From the IMG/VR virus record IMGVR_UViG_3300029049_000006: a DNA stretch of 64,000 bases; one strand, 5' to 3'. Positions 10,486 to 20,508 of the stretch are shown piece by piece (position 1 is the first letter of the stretch; each line of letters begins with the position of its first letter). Below the pieces are notes generated by a model, which worked only from the letters and a program-made list of their open reading frames with translations, made no database searches and was not told the DNA's origin. The stretch comes from a virus. The position numbers were made by a program, and so were the translations under genes.

Positions 10486-10678
10486 CGGCGAAACAGAGCG
10501 GAACAACGTTCCACTATTGCCTTTACCGGATGCCCGCTATGGAGGCGTTTGCCCATGAGCATGTATGGATGCTGATGCAGGGCATTGAGTGCTATCTTCC
10601 ATTTTACGAGTCTTCATAAATCCATACACACACATTCTGGGTTGATTTACATCAACCCTTTTTTATTCTTTACCGTAT

Positions 10679-13600
10679 ATGGCCCAGGCGAATCAACAGG
10701 CGGAGCGTATTATTTTTGACGCGGAAATTTCTTCCGCGCAGTCAAACCTGGCAAAACTGCGCACGGAATTGAATCTGATAGTGGCGGCGGCGGCAAAGAC
10801 CAATGCCGCCCTTTCACGGATTAACCTGTCTGGGATGTTTGGCGGGGCCGGGGCGTCAGGAAAAGGGCTTTCCGGGATGGCGGGCGGCGTAAACGCGTCA
10901 AAGACACTTGCCGCAGCGCAGAATGCCGCCACTATGTCAACAAACAGACTGACCACGGCTATGCGGGCCGGGGTAGGCACGGCGGGAGCCTACAGCAGAG
11001 CATTGGCCGGGGCCGCCGCATCAGCCGGGCTATTATCCGGAAGCCGTATCGGCCAGACAATCAATACGGCGAGAGCACCCATGCGCGGGGCCAAAGCGGA
11101 ATCTGACGGGCTGCGTTCCAGCTTTTCCGGCGTAGGGCTTGCGGCTACAGGGGCCGCCGTGGCGGTGCTGGGCTTTGCCACCAAGCTCACGGGCATCATC
11201 CGGGAATCTTCGGAAGCCGCATCCAACATGCAGCAGCTGAATACTGTTTTTGGCGTATTGCTGCAAAGTCAGTCCAAAGGCTCTGCACTTCTTGAAGAGG
11301 TCACGCAGTTTGCCGCCGCCACGCCTATGAAGGTTCCGGAATTGGCCAATGCTACGCGGGTTTTGCTGGCCTACGGCGAAAGCTCCACAACCGTCATGAG
11401 CACTCTCCGGAGGCTGGGCGATATTGCGGCCGGCACAGGACAGCGCATTGATGAAATCGCCACCCTTATCGGTAAGGCGCGGCAGGCTGGCCGCCTGTAC
11501 GGGGACGACCTGAACCGCCTGAATGACCGCGGCATTCCTCTTACTGCTACATTGGCGAAGAATTTCGGCATCACCACCATGGAAGTCCGAAAGCTGGTAG
11601 AGCAGGGGCGGGTAGGGTTTTCCGCGCTGGAAGACGCTATCAACGAAGTAACCAACGAGGGCGGCCTTTTTTACGGCATGCTGGAAAAGCAGTCCAAAAA
11701 CTATGGCGGCGTGATGTCCACGTTGGAAGATAATATTACTCTGGCGAAAAAAGCATTTGGCGCACCTATCAACAACGCCCTGACGCCCATTCTGCAGGAT
11801 GCCATTGAAATGCTCAAGGAAATGAAACCCCAGTTCACCGAGCTGGGTGAGGCAATGGCCCCGGTAGTCGCCAGTCTGGTCACGGCGTTCAAAGACCTTG
11901 TCGTCTGGATTGGCGAAAATGGAAAGCAGGTTTTAAACCTTGTGCAAACCTACGGCCCCCTTGTGGCTAAGGCTTTGGCATTGGCGGCGGCAGTCAAAGC
12001 CGCCCAAATGGTGTTTGGCGCTCTTGGCGCCATTGTCCGGGGGATTACTGGAACCATAGGCGGGTTTACATCAATAATCACCACAGCCGCTTCGGCAGTG
12101 ATAAACCTGGGTTCCACCCTTGACCGCCTTGCGGTCAAATATGCGACTGCCGGGGCGGCGGCCAGTGCCGCAGGGGCACAGATAGCCGCCTCTTCCGCAA
12201 TGATGGGGGCTGCTTCCGCCGGGGCTGCTACCGCAGGCGCTGGCAGAGCTGCCGGGGCCGGAATTGCCGGGGCGGCTGCGGGGGGGGCCGCTGCATCAGC
12301 CGCAGGGGCGGCGATACGCGGTCTTTCCACCGGCTCAAAAGTGTGGTCAGTGGTAAAGGGTGTGGGAGGCAAGCTGGGGGGAATACTCGGCACTCTTACC
12401 GCGCTGGATATTTTGGGCAAGGTCAGCACAGGCCTGTTTTCCGGCGACGCTTCTCTGTCTTGGGGGGCCAAGCTTAATTATGGGATAGCCGGCGTTCTTG
12501 GCCTGGCAAGCTTCATCCCTAAAATCGGATGGATTACCGGCCCCCTGGGCGAGTGGTTTGCGTCAATGGGCAACGACATCAAGGAGGCGGACACGGCGAA
12601 ATACATGCAGGGCCAGTATTCACAGGCGCTTAAATCCGCACCCGGCAAAGGCCTTAAAAACGTTTACCGGAAACAGCTGCTCAATTTGTTTCAGTCGGAA
12701 GAATCCGGGACGCGGGGCGACCGAACGGTTTCCTCCGTGCAGGAAGAATTGCGGCAGGAAATCTCAAGGCAGACTGCGATACTTGATAAACAACTCCGCG
12801 ATAACACGGCTATTTCTGACGGGCAAAAAGCTTTGCTCAAGCGCCGCCTTGAATACCTTCGCAGCATTGACGATGCCACCATATCCCGGTGGACGGAGCA
12901 GTTGCTTGACGAGACGAAAAACGCAGCCGGACGGGCCAAGTATGATGCGGTCATTGCCGCCGAACAGGAAGCCGCCAGACGGGCGAATGAGGAACGGAGA
13001 GCCGCCGAACGTTATGGTCAGGTCAAGGACAACCGCGTTAAATTACAGGAAGCGGAAATCAGGTACGCGTCCGGAATAGACCAGCAGATGTTCTGGTGGC
13101 GCAGGCGGCGGACGGCATTGCAGGAAGCGCAGCCTGACGTTCAAGCGCTGCTGACCGGCCCGGACACCGGAGCCTACATGACGGAAAAGCTTGGAGCCGA
13201 TTTCCGCATCCGGGGGACCGAAGACATTAAAAAAGTGCTGGACGCGGCAGGGGAATCCGAAGACACGGTAATTTTTGCCAGCGAAAATGTGCTGAACCTC
13301 CAAAAAGCCTACGAGAAAATTCTCGACTACGAAAAGGAAGAGAAAAAACTCCGGGATTCCAAGCAGGAATATGACAAACAGGAGGAAGCGCGGACGCGGA
13401 GCCTCAACGTGCTTAAACAGAAACTCTATCTTGACCAGGCTTACGCCGCAGGGCTTATCAACGCGGAACAGCGGACGCAATACGAAGACCAGCTCAAGGC
13501 TATTGATGCGGCAAAATCTTTTATGGATGCCGGCATGGACCGGGAGGAAGCCATGCAGATGGGCGTGGCTTCGGTGGAAGCCGAACGGAAGGCGGCGGGA

Positions 13601-13867
13601 CAGGCCGCCATTGACAACGCGGCGGAAACCTATAAATCCGCCGCTACGGGAACCCTTGCACGGCAGGGCTGGGTGGATGTTATTTCCCTGGGCTGGCGCA
13701 AGGATTCCGCCGGGGCGTATCTGGACCCGAACCGTTATGACGAACAGACCACCGGCCCCTATCAGAACGAGGACACGGATTTGTTGAAAAAAATCAACGA
13801 TACACTGGAAGCCATTCAGGCGAATACCAACCCCGACCTGAAAAAGTCCTCGGTTGTGTGGGGATAA
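10679..13867 (+). CDS. tail tape measure protein
   Basis: 1062 aa; Ala/Gly-rich hydrophobic repeats; conserved TMP domain (GDIAAGTGQRIDEIATLIGKARQAGRLYGDDLNRLNDRGIPLTATLAKNFGITTMEVRKLVEQGRVGFSALEDAINEV...GGLFYGMLEKQSKNYGGVMSTLEDN); coiled-coil C-half. Confidence 0.85.
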   Translation: MAQANQQAERIIFDAEISSAQSNLAKLRTELNLIVAAAAKTNAALSRINLSGMFGGAGASGKGLSGMAGGVNASKTLAAAQNAATMSTNRLTTAMRAGVGTAGAYSRALAGAAASAGLLSGSRIGQTINTARAPMRGAKAESDGLRSSFSGVGLAATGAAVAVLGFATKLTGIIRESSEAASNMQQLNTVFGVLLQSQSKGSALLEEVTQFAAATPMKVPELANATRVLLAYGESSTTVMSTLRRLGDIAAGTGQRIDEIATLIGKARQAGRLYGDDLNRLNDRGIPLTATLAKNFGITTMEVRKLVEQGRVGFSALEDAINEVTNEGGLFYGMLEKQSKNYGGVMSTLEDNITLAKKAFGAPINNALTPILQDAIEMLKEMKPQFTELGEAMAPVVASLVTAFKDLVVWIGENGKQVLNLVQTYGPLVAKALALAAAVKAAQMVFGALGAIVRGITGTIGGFTSIITTAASAVINLGSTLDRLAVKYATAGAAASAAGAQIAASSAMMGAASAGAATAGAGRAAGAGIAGAAAGGAAASAAGAAIRGLSTGSKVWSVVKGVGGKLGGILGTLTALDILGKVSTGLFSGDASLSWGAKLNYGIAGVLGLASFIPKIGWITGPLGEWFASMGNDIKEADTAKYMQGQYSQALKSAPGKGLKNVYRKQLLNLFQSEESGTRGDRTVSSVQEELRQEISRQTAILDKQLRDNTAISDGQKALLKRRLEYLRSIDDATISRWTEQLLDETKNAAGRAKYDAVIAAEQEAARRANEERRAAERYGQVKDNRVKLQEAEIRYASGIDQQMFWWRRRRTALQEAQPDVQALLTGPDTGAYMTEKLGADFRIRGTEDIKKVLDAAGESEDTVIFASENVLNLQKAYEKILDYEKEEKKLRDSKQEYDKQEEARTRSLNVLKQKLYLDQAYAAGLINAEQRTQYEDQLKAIDAAKSFMDAGMDREEAMQMGVASVEAERKAAGQAAIDNAAETYKSAATGTLARQGWVDVISLGWRKDSAGAYLDPNRYDEQTTGPYQNEDTDLLKKINDTLEAIQANTNPDLKKSSVVWG

Positions 13868-13879
13868 TGTGATATTAGA

Positions 13880-13899
13880 AATTTGCAATCATTGCAAAT
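13880..13899. promoter_or_regulatory. 21-bp palindrome copy
   Basis: Immediately after TMP stop codon. Confidence 0.8.
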
Positions 13900-13907
13900 C
13901 AGGAATT

Positions 13908-14708
13908 ATGGCTATTTCACACAACGGACCACGGGAACCCATTGAACAGCCCGGAACGATGACCGTCGAACGAGTGTCGGAAGACGGCGTGGTCCGGTTT
14001 GAAAAATCAGCAACCAGAGTGTTTGAGGTCCCGAAAGATATGGCGGCGGCCTTCATGCTGACCCCCCCGGCAACCCCCATGCCGGGAACGATCTTTTTGG
14101 AGTCAAGGTGTGAGGAAGAAAATGCGGAGTGGTCCAAGGTGACATTCACCTACGGCGAAGACCCGGACGATTCATCCGGAAGCGGCGGGGACGATTCCGT
14201 GCGCCGAACGGTCAACGTCACTACCTCCCTGGTGGATATCCCTATCCAATGTTCGCCAAAGTACATTGACATGTCCGGTGATTCCCCGAAATCGAAAATT
14301 CCTGATGACGATTTAAAGCTTCTGGCCTATGCCATGTCCGGGCAGTTCAAAGACCCCCGGAACAACACCTATATTAAGGACAGCCTTACTTCGGACATGG
14401 CCCGCGAGATTTTCGACTACCTGACGCTCGGAATCACGCACTTTGCCTATCCGCAGACCGTGATACGCATTTCTTATCCAAAGTCCAAAGTAGGTTCCGG
14501 CCAGCAATTCGGCGTTCCCACCAAAACGCCCGGAAAAAAGGGAGATGCCATTCCGGTAAAACTCCCGGAAGACAGCAAAATTGATTTCACATTGATTTCC
14601 CGGTCTATCAACTACGACGGGAAATACCACACGACAGACGAAGAATACCAGTCATCGTCCCCGCTGGGCTGGATAAATGACCGGAAGTTCTGGGGGGAAG
14701 GGGAATAA
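13908..14708 (+). CDS. putative distal tail protein
   Basis: ATG 13908 right after palindrome; position after TMP. Confidence 0.3.
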   Translation: MAISHNGPREPIEQPGTMTVERVSEDGVVRFEKSATRVFEVPKDMAAAFMLTPPATPMPGTIFLESRCEEENAEWSKVTFTYGEDPDDSSGSGGDDSVRRTVNVTTSLVDIPIQCSPKYIDMSGDSPKSKIPDDDLKLLAYAMSGQFKDPRNNTYIKDSLTSDMAREIFDYLTLGITHFAYPQTVIRISYPKSKVGSGQQFGVPTKTPGKKGDAIPVKLPEDSKIDFTLISRSINYDGKYHTTDEEYQSSSPLGWINDRKFWGEGE

Positions 14709-14722
14709 ACCTGTAAAATATT

Positions 14723-17206
14723 ATGGCATTACGGCGAGTACAAAGAGGGGAACCCTTACGTATTGGACAGATTAACCAGTACGCCGAACTTCTCGGGCAG
14801 ATGGCCGGAGGCGGAAAGCTCTTCCGGGCCAACAGGACCGGCTACCAGATGGACCGGGACCTGAACCCCCTGTTCCCATTTGAGCTGATGGCCCTGGATG
14901 CCCAGTCAAGCACCGGGGAAGCTACAAAAGGCGTGCCGCTGGCGAAATCCAAGGATTTAATCGCGTTTCTCCACCCCGGTTCCGTCACGTTTATCGGACT
15001 GGACGGCGCGGCCTCGCAGGTGTTCCCGGTTATCAAAGACCCGAAATACGCCCCTACGGATTCCCCCGGCGGAGGAAACGAAGATGGAGCCGCCGTCAAT
15101 ACCTGGCCCCGCCCCGGTATTCAAATTGAGCTTGATACGGTATATGGCATCCACCTGTTCGCCAAATTAGAGCGGGTGACGATGCAGATAGGCCGTGACC
15201 GGATAATTCAGGTGTCGGTCAAGAAATGGTGTCGTGACCGCACCCCATTCATCGGCACGGAGGACGAAATGGACAGCTCCGCTTCGGATGATGAAGACAT
15301 TATCCGGACGTTCATTCCATTGTTCCGGCCCATTGAAGACAGCGCAATCGAAGGAAACGTTTATGTGGAAAACCTGCATGAAAGCGATTTGATTCTTCCG
15401 GACATTCCGCTTGAGGGCGGATCGTCGTCTTCCTCGGCATCCTCTTCATCCAGCAGCTCCAGTAGTTCGAGCGGCGGGGTATCGTTCAGCAGTTCAAGCA
15501 GCTCATCATCAAAATCAGAGGGTTCGGAATCCGCATCTTTTTCCTCGTCTTCGTCGTCAGTAGGACCCTACATTGACCCTACACTGATTTCCGTGCCGGC
15601 GCGGGAACCCAATTCGGAATTCGGCGGCATCTACCGCACTCTGAAAGGCTTTAATTTCCCGCCCAGCGACGACAAGCCGGGCATGGCCTACATTATCATT
15701 TTCAGCCCTGTCGAATCTTGCGACTGGGTAAACTTTTCCACAGCCGGATTGGTGGAAACCAAAACGGACAAGCAATGGGAAGGCTACGTCGCCATTGACG
15801 ACAACGGGAATTGGGATTGCAATGTCATCATTGACGAATTCACCGACCCGGAACATACCGGCGTCCACCGCTACAAAGATTTCAAAGTTGGCTACCGGGC
15901 TAAAAAGCAGAACATAGCCGTCGATATTCTCATTGTTGACCAGGCGCCCCCGGAAGTGTCCTCTTCCTCGTCTTCGTCGTCTGTGAGTTCATCTTCGGAA
16001 GAAAAGTATTATTTCCGGTTTGTCCCTAATAAAATTACGGTGGACAGCCAATTTCAGAAAGTACAGGGCTATATCCGCACCGACTCCCCCTACGGGTGGA
16101 AAATCCCAGAGGACTTTCCGGCGCAGTTCCCTTCCGGGAAATGGGTATCTATTTCCCCGCTGACCGGGAAAGACCACGATAATTTTGAGGTTACGTTCCA
16201 GAAAAACGAGGAAGGGACCACCCGCGATAATCTGGTAACAGGGTACGCATTGACCTCGCGCGGCACATTGATGCTGGAAGCAACCGACACCCTGAATGTC
16301 ACCCAGACCCCGGAAGCCTCTTTATCCAGCAGTTCAAGCAGTTCGAGCAGTTCCTCTTCATCTTCATCATCTTCATCATCTTCCTCTTCCTCTTCCGGCT
16401 CGTCAAGTTCGTCCCAGGCGGACTGGTTTGAAGTGTTCCCTACTTCTATGGCCTTTGGCGCGGACGGCAAGCCAAAAGATTCTAACAAGGTAAGGCTTCG
16501 CGGAACGGTCGGATGGCAGGCTGATACGCAAAAAGACTGGTGTTCCATGTCCCCGTCATCCGGCTCAGCGCCAGGGGATGCAGGGACAGAAGCCGTGATA
16601 ACCTGCCAACCGAACAAGGAGGTCAACGGAAGAAGCACACTGGTTGAAATTAGCGTCACCCTGAATGGGTCGCCGCAATATTACTACGTCAATGTCATCC
16701 AGGAAGGCAATCCTCCTGTTCCTTCGTCGGAAAGCGAATCTTCCTCATCCTCGGAAGCCTCTTCGGGAGCCAGTTCGGCTTCATCAAGCAAAACCGCCAT
16801 TTTGCCGGTGCGCGGAAAGTTCCTCGGAATGATGTGCATGGAATCCCCGGAAACCTGGTTTGTCGACTTCGCCACCATTCACCTTCCGCTTGGGCTGATG
16901 CTGGTTGACCAGACGTTCATTGATGTTACCGAGCCGGGTTCCATAGCGGTTGTGTCCGCCATAGATGACCGGGGCCGCCCCGCAAGAGCATGGCTGCGGC
17001 TGGAAGGCAGGGAAAAGAAATATCTGACCTTGTATGCCCGTCCGCAGGGGTTGGGCCGGATATTCAGGCCGGACCGCATTACCGTCCAACTGATAGGGAG
17101 ACGCCTCGGACACCGGAGCAGGTTCCCGGAATTTTCAGAAGCGCAGTTCCGGGCGAACGAAGCGTTCTATGCCCAGGCGCACAGGGAGGAACCCCCGGAA
17201 GAGTAA
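14723..17206 (+). CDS. tail fiber / tail tip protein with poly-Ser linkers
   Basis: 827 aa; three long Ser tracts (nt ~15421-15565, 16315-16415, 16735-16800) separating globular domains; position after TMP/Dit. Confidence 0.5.
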   Translation: MALRRVQRGEPLRIGQINQYAELLGQMAGGGKLFRANRTGYQMDRDLNPLFPFELMALDAQSSTGEATKGVPLAKSKDLIAFLHPGSVTFIGLDGAASQVFPVIKDPKYAPTDSPGGGNEDGAAVNTWPRPGIQIELDTVYGIHLFAKLERVTMQIGRDRIIQVSVKKWCRDRTPFIGTEDEMDSSASDDEDIIRTFIPLFRPIEDSAIEGNVYVENLHESDLILPDIPLEGGSSSSSASSSSSSSSSSSGGVSFSSSSSSSSKSEGSESASFSSSSSSVGPYIDPTLISVPAREPNSEFGGIYRTLKGFNFPPSDDKPGMAYIIIFSPVESCDWVNFSTAGLVETKTDKQWEGYVAIDDNGNWDCNVIIDEFTDPEHTGVHRYKDFKVGYRAKKQNIAVDILIVDQAPPEVSSSSSSSSVSSSSEEKYYFRFVPNKITVDSQFQKVQGYIRTDSPYGWKIPEDFPAQFPSGKWVSISPLTGKDHDNFEVTFQKNEEGTTRDNLVTGYALTSRGTLMLEATDTLNVTQTPEASLSSSSSSSSSSSSSSSSSSSSSSSSGSSSSSQADWFEVFPTSMAFGADGKPKDSNKVRLRGTVGWQADTQKDWCSMSPSSGSAPGDAGTEAVITCQPNKEVNGRSTLVEISVTLNGSPQYYYVNVIQEGNPPVPSSESESSSSSEASSGASSASSSKTAILPVRGKFLGMMCMESPETWFVDFATIHLPLGLMLVDQTFIDVTEPGSIAVVSAIDDRGRPARAWLRLEGREKKYLTLYARPQGLGRIFRPDRITVQLIGRRLGHRSRFPEFSEAQFRANEAFYAQAHREEPPEE

Positions 17207-17234
17207 CCTTCCCTGCCTTCCGGGGGCCTCCGGC

Positions 17235-17603
17235 CTATGCCCATATAACATTCCCCAGCCGGGAAATATCCACCGCCTTTTTCCCGGCGCGCACAGCCGC
17301 CCTCAGTTCCCCGTAGTTTCTGCGGATTTCATGCGTTACCGGGTAATCCCGGAACACGTTGATATAATTCAGCCACCGTTCCTTTTGCGTGTACACCGCC
17401 GAATCTTTTATTATGTAGATTGTTGCGCTTTCGTCAATTTTCCTGTCCGGGATGCACGTGCAGCAATACCACTGATACCACTCATGGATGAGGTACACCG
17501 TATTAAAGCCGCGCAGGGTCATGACAGCCGTATCGGCGATATATTTGGGGGCCAGATTAAAAAGCTGCTCTTTGGTCAGTTCAATTTTCTTTGGTGCTTT
17601 CAT
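17235..17603 (-). CDS. hypothetical protein (only minus-strand gene; moron-like)
   Basis: 122-aa protein-like ORF; reverse-complement upstream carries TCTTGCAATT ... TATGATAA promoter copy and shares palindrome 17675-17695; + strand frames here look non-coding. Confidence 0.5.
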   Translation of the reverse strand: MKAPKKIELTKEQLFNLAPKYIADTAVMTLRGFNTVYLIHEWYQWYCCTCIPDRKIDESATIYIIKDSAVYTQKERWLNYINVFRDYPVTHEIRRNYGELRAAVRAGKKAVDISRLGNVIWA

Positions 17604-17674
17604 TGTATCTTGATGCCCTTATCATAGCTATCTTTTTAAAAATTGCAAGAGAAAAATACACATTCCACGAGAAA

Positions 17675-17695
17675 AATTTGCAATCATTGCAAATT
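17675..17695. promoter_or_regulatory. 21-bp palindrome copy between divergent genes
   Basis: AATTTGCAATCATTGCAAATT. Confidence 0.8.
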
Positions 17696-17746
17696 TCAGA
17701 AATCAATGTTGCCCATGAAAATTCAGGCGGCTATAGTGTCAAAGAC

Positions 17747-18799
17747 ATGATAACCTTAAACCATCTCGGAATATCCCACGCGGTCATCATTGCCCTGCCG
17801 GAACGTGCCGAACATGTTTCCCGGCTGAAAAACTCCATGATTGACGGAGGCATCGACCCGGAAAGCGGCGTTACCATACTCCCTGCCTGGAACGGTCGTG
17901 AGCTGCACCCCCCGAAAAGCTGGAAGGGGACCCGTGGCGCATGGGGCTGCGTACAGTCCCACATCCGGGCCTTGCGGCTCGCAGTCAAAAACAATTGGGA
18001 ATCAGTGCTCATTTTGGAGGACGACGCCATATTTTGCCGCAATGCCGCCGTCAGACTGCAAACGTTGTTTGCCGCTCTGCCGAAAGACTGGCGGTTGCTC
18101 TACCTCGGAGGCCACCACCAAAACTGGCCGAAAGAAGTCCACGCGGATTACATTTTGGCTTCCGGCATGACGGCCACCCACGCCTACATCGTCAAACGGG
18201 AATCCGTGCCCTGGCTTATCAAGCACATCGCCTATTATCCCGACTACGAACAACAGCAATGGGGCGTTGACCAGCAAATCCGGAACGCCGTCTATCGGGG
18301 CGACATCCTCCAATACGCCCCGCGCTGGAATATTGTAGGGCAACAGCGTCAGGAGTACAGCACCATTGCCCATTCCAGAGCCGGAAACCGGGAACGCTGG
18401 TGGGAGCATTCGCAAAACGACCAGTTCCGCCTGCTTCCGCTCGTACTTCTCCAAGAGCCGTTAACCGTGGAAGACGTTGACGGGCTTGAGGAACTGGTGG
18501 ACATCGCCCCGGAAAAAAGCGTTGAATCCCTTCTGGAAAAAACGGAAGACATGGCCGGCGCCATCATTGAAGCACTTTCCTACAGCGCACGGGGAGCGTT
18601 CAGCCACCGGCGCGTTCCCGCCCTGTATTACAGCGACCGGAAAGCTGCGGACAGATGCGCCCGCCTGTGGTCTGCGGAATGCCTGTTTGCCGAAGCCGGT
18701 GATTCCGACCAAACCAGGGAACTTCTCGTTACCGCCCTGCGCCGCGTTGTCGATTATGCGGAAAACCCGGATATGAACCCGGACATGGGCGAAAACTAA
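17747..18799 (+). CDS. glycosyltransferase family 25 (Lic2A/LgtB-like) with ~130-aa C-terminal extension
   Basis: HAVIIALPERAEHVSRL N-terminus; KGTRGAWGCVQSHIRALRLAV and LILEDDAIF match GT25 GEiGC.lSH / lEDD signatures. Confidence 0.7.
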   Translation: MITLNHLGISHAVIIALPERAEHVSRLKNSMIDGGIDPESGVTILPAWNGRELHPPKSWKGTRGAWGCVQSHIRALRLAVKNNWESVLILEDDAIFCRNAAVRLQTLFAALPKDWRLLYLGGHHQNWPKEVHADYILASGMTATHAYIVKRESVPWLIKHIAYYPDYEQQQWGVDQQIRNAVYRGDILQYAPRWNIVGQQRQEYSTIAHSRAGNRERWWEHSQNDQFRLLPLVLLQEPLTVEDVDGLEELVDIAPEKSVESLLEKTEDMAGAIIEALSYSARGAFSHRRVPALYYSDRKAADRCARLWSAECLFAEAGDSDQTRELLVTALRRVVDYAENPDMNPDMGEN

Positions 18800-18821
18800 T
18801 TCTTTTTCCACGCACATTACT

Positions 18822-19862
18822 ATGGATTATTTATTTCCGCATTATTTTGACCGTATTGTCGTCATCAATCTCGCCAAAAACCCCGAACGGTTCACCCGCA
18901 TTGCCGACGAGCTGAAACATAAGTGCCTGGCCGGGCCGGATGATATTGTCAGGCATGAAGCCGTGCATGGGGATTCCATGCCGCACCCGGCATGGTACAG
19001 GGCCGGAAACGGAGCATGGGGGTGCTTGTCCAGCCACATTGAGGCGCTGGAAGATGCCTGGAACACCGGAAGCGAACATACTCTGATTATTGAGGATGAC
19101 ACCGTATTCGCCGACGACCTTTTGACACGGTTCCCGGAAATCATGAAAGAAGTTCCGAAGGAATACGGGCAGTTGTATCTTGGAGGCCAGCACCAACAGG
19201 CCCCGGAAGCCCTGTCTGACACGTTGTGGCGCGGCACGTCCATCAACCGGACGCACTGCTACGCCGTCACCCGGAAATTCATTCCGGAAATCCTCGCCCA
19301 TATCATGGACTGGGACACCCACATCAAGGCTGCGGGAAACCCGCTCCATATCGACCACACGCTGGAAATCGGACACCAGCGCCGGTACTGGCCCGTGTTC
19401 TGCCCCCGGTTCTGGTTCGCGGGACAGGGAGAAAACCAGTCCGACATCAACGGCAGGCCGCAGCGGGAAATGTGGTGGGAATACTCCGTGAAACAACAGC
19501 ACCTGGAACTTCCCCTGCTTGTGCTACGGACCGTTGACACGCCAAAACATATTAAAGGCCTTGTGTTTGCCGGTTGGCCGACAGATTTAGACGCCCGTGG
19601 CGTGAATAAAAAGATTGAGGATGCCAAAAAAGACAAGGCCACTCTGCTTCGGGAAATAAGCTGGCTGGCTTACGTGGGATTCCAGCACCACAGCCTTCCG
19701 GCGGTGTATCTTCCGGAGCCGGAACCTATCAGCGAGCTGCAACGCCTGTGGTCCGGGGAAGTCGTTGACACAGCCCGCATGGATGACGCGGACATTCACC
19801 GGATGCACCGCATTCTGGAATTCGCCAGCAACCCGGAGATGCTAAAGTATAGGTTCCGATAG
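18822..19862 (+). CDS. glycosyltransferase family 25, paralog 2
   Basis: RIVVINLAKNPERF, GNGAWGCLSSHIEALEDAW, LIIEDDTVF; paralogous to 17747..18799. Confidence 0.7.
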   Translation: MDYLFPHYFDRIVVINLAKNPERFTRIADELKHKCLAGPDDIVRHEAVHGDSMPHPAWYRAGNGAWGCLSSHIEALEDAWNTGSEHTLIIEDDTVFADDLLTRFPEIMKEVPKEYGQLYLGGQHQQAPEALSDTLWRGTSINRTHCYAVTRKFIPEILAHIMDWDTHIKAAGNPLHIDHTLEIGHQRRYWPVFCPRFWFAGQGENQSDINGRPQREMWWEYSVKQQHLELPLLVLRTVDTPKHIKGLVFAGWPTDLDARGVNKKIEDAKKDKATLLREISWLAYVGFQHHSLPAVYLPEPEPISELQRLWSGEVVDTARMDDADIHRMHRILEFASNPEMLKYRFR

Positions 19863-19890
19863 GTTGACGGCTTTTCCGGGCGCAAGTATC

Positions 19891-20508
19891 ATGACAGGCA
19901 TGAAACGGTTACGTTTGATGCCTGTCTTTTTTGTGATTGCCGGGTGCGCCCAGCAAAACCCGCAGCCGTCCATTACTACGCCCGTACCGGAGCCGGTTGT
20001 GGAAAAAACAGTCGTCCGGCCTGTAGCGTCGTCAACAGTCGAATGCGCGGCCACCGTCCAGGAAGCGGCTAACGCCGTGCAGAATAGTATTACGGCTATT
20101 GTCTCCACTCTGCAACAGGCGGAGGCCGCCACGCAGGAACCGCAAACCCCCGGATGGGCTGACATGTTGTCCGAGCTGGCAAAGCAGGCCGGAAACGCGG
20201 ACAAGCAGACCGCCGTACTGATAGACCGTTCCGACCGCCTGACCAAACAGGTGACCACTTTATCCAGAACGTGCGAACAACTGGCGGAAGAACGGGACGC
20301 GGCAATCAAAACCGCGCAGGAATCCAGAGACGCGGCCTCAGCAATCAAGGCGGAAGCCGCAGAGGTAAAAGCTGATGCACAGGCCCGCCTGTCCTCCATG
20401 TCGGACGAGCGTTCCTGGTGGCGGAAATGCGCCCTTTATACCTGGGCGGGCATTGCGGTTTTTTGTCTGGCGTGGCTCGGAATCCGGCTGGCAAGGGCCG
20501 TCAGGTAG
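19891..20508 (+). CDS. u-spanin-like protein (lipoprotein signal plus C-terminal TMD)
   Basis: MTGMKRLRLMPVFFVIAGCAQQ (lipobox VIAGC), coiled-coil middle, C-terminal TM WWRKCALYTWAGIAVFCLAWLGIRL; lies upstream of holin/endolysin. Confidence 0.4.
   Translation: MTGMKRLRLMPVFFVIAGCAQQNPQPSITTPVPEPVVEKTVVRPVASSTVECAATVQEAANAVQNSITAIVSTLQQAEAATQEPQTPGWADMLSELAKQAGNADKQTAVLIDRSDRLTKQVTTLSRTCEQLAEERDAAIKTAQESRDAASAIKAEAAEVKADAQARLSSMSDERSWWRKCALYTWAGIAVFCLAWLGIRLARAVR

Noticed and set aside
12498-13079. 193-aa + strand ORF within the TMP gene (alternate frame)
   Set aside because: It is wholly nested in the tape measure gene and its Arg/Pro/Ser-rich translation looks non-coding.
13043-13888. 281-aa minus-strand ORF inside the tape measure gene
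   Set aside because: It is antisense to a strongly supported + strand gene and its low-complexity F/L/G/R-rich translation is typical of antisense frames in GC-rich DNA. The same reasoning applies to minus ORFs 5093..5782, 24193..25044, 32568..33719, 43864..44634, 46718..47584 and 60475..61065.
15421-16800. TCN-rich microsatellite-like DNA repeats as a non-coding repeat element
   Set aside because: They are in frame within the 827-aa tail fiber ORF and encode poly-Ser linkers.
17169-17627. 152-aa + strand ORF opposite the minus-strand moron
   Set aside because: It has a Pro/Arg/Gly-rich non-protein-like translation, whereas the minus-strand ORF 17235..17603 reads as a normal globular protein with its own promoter.
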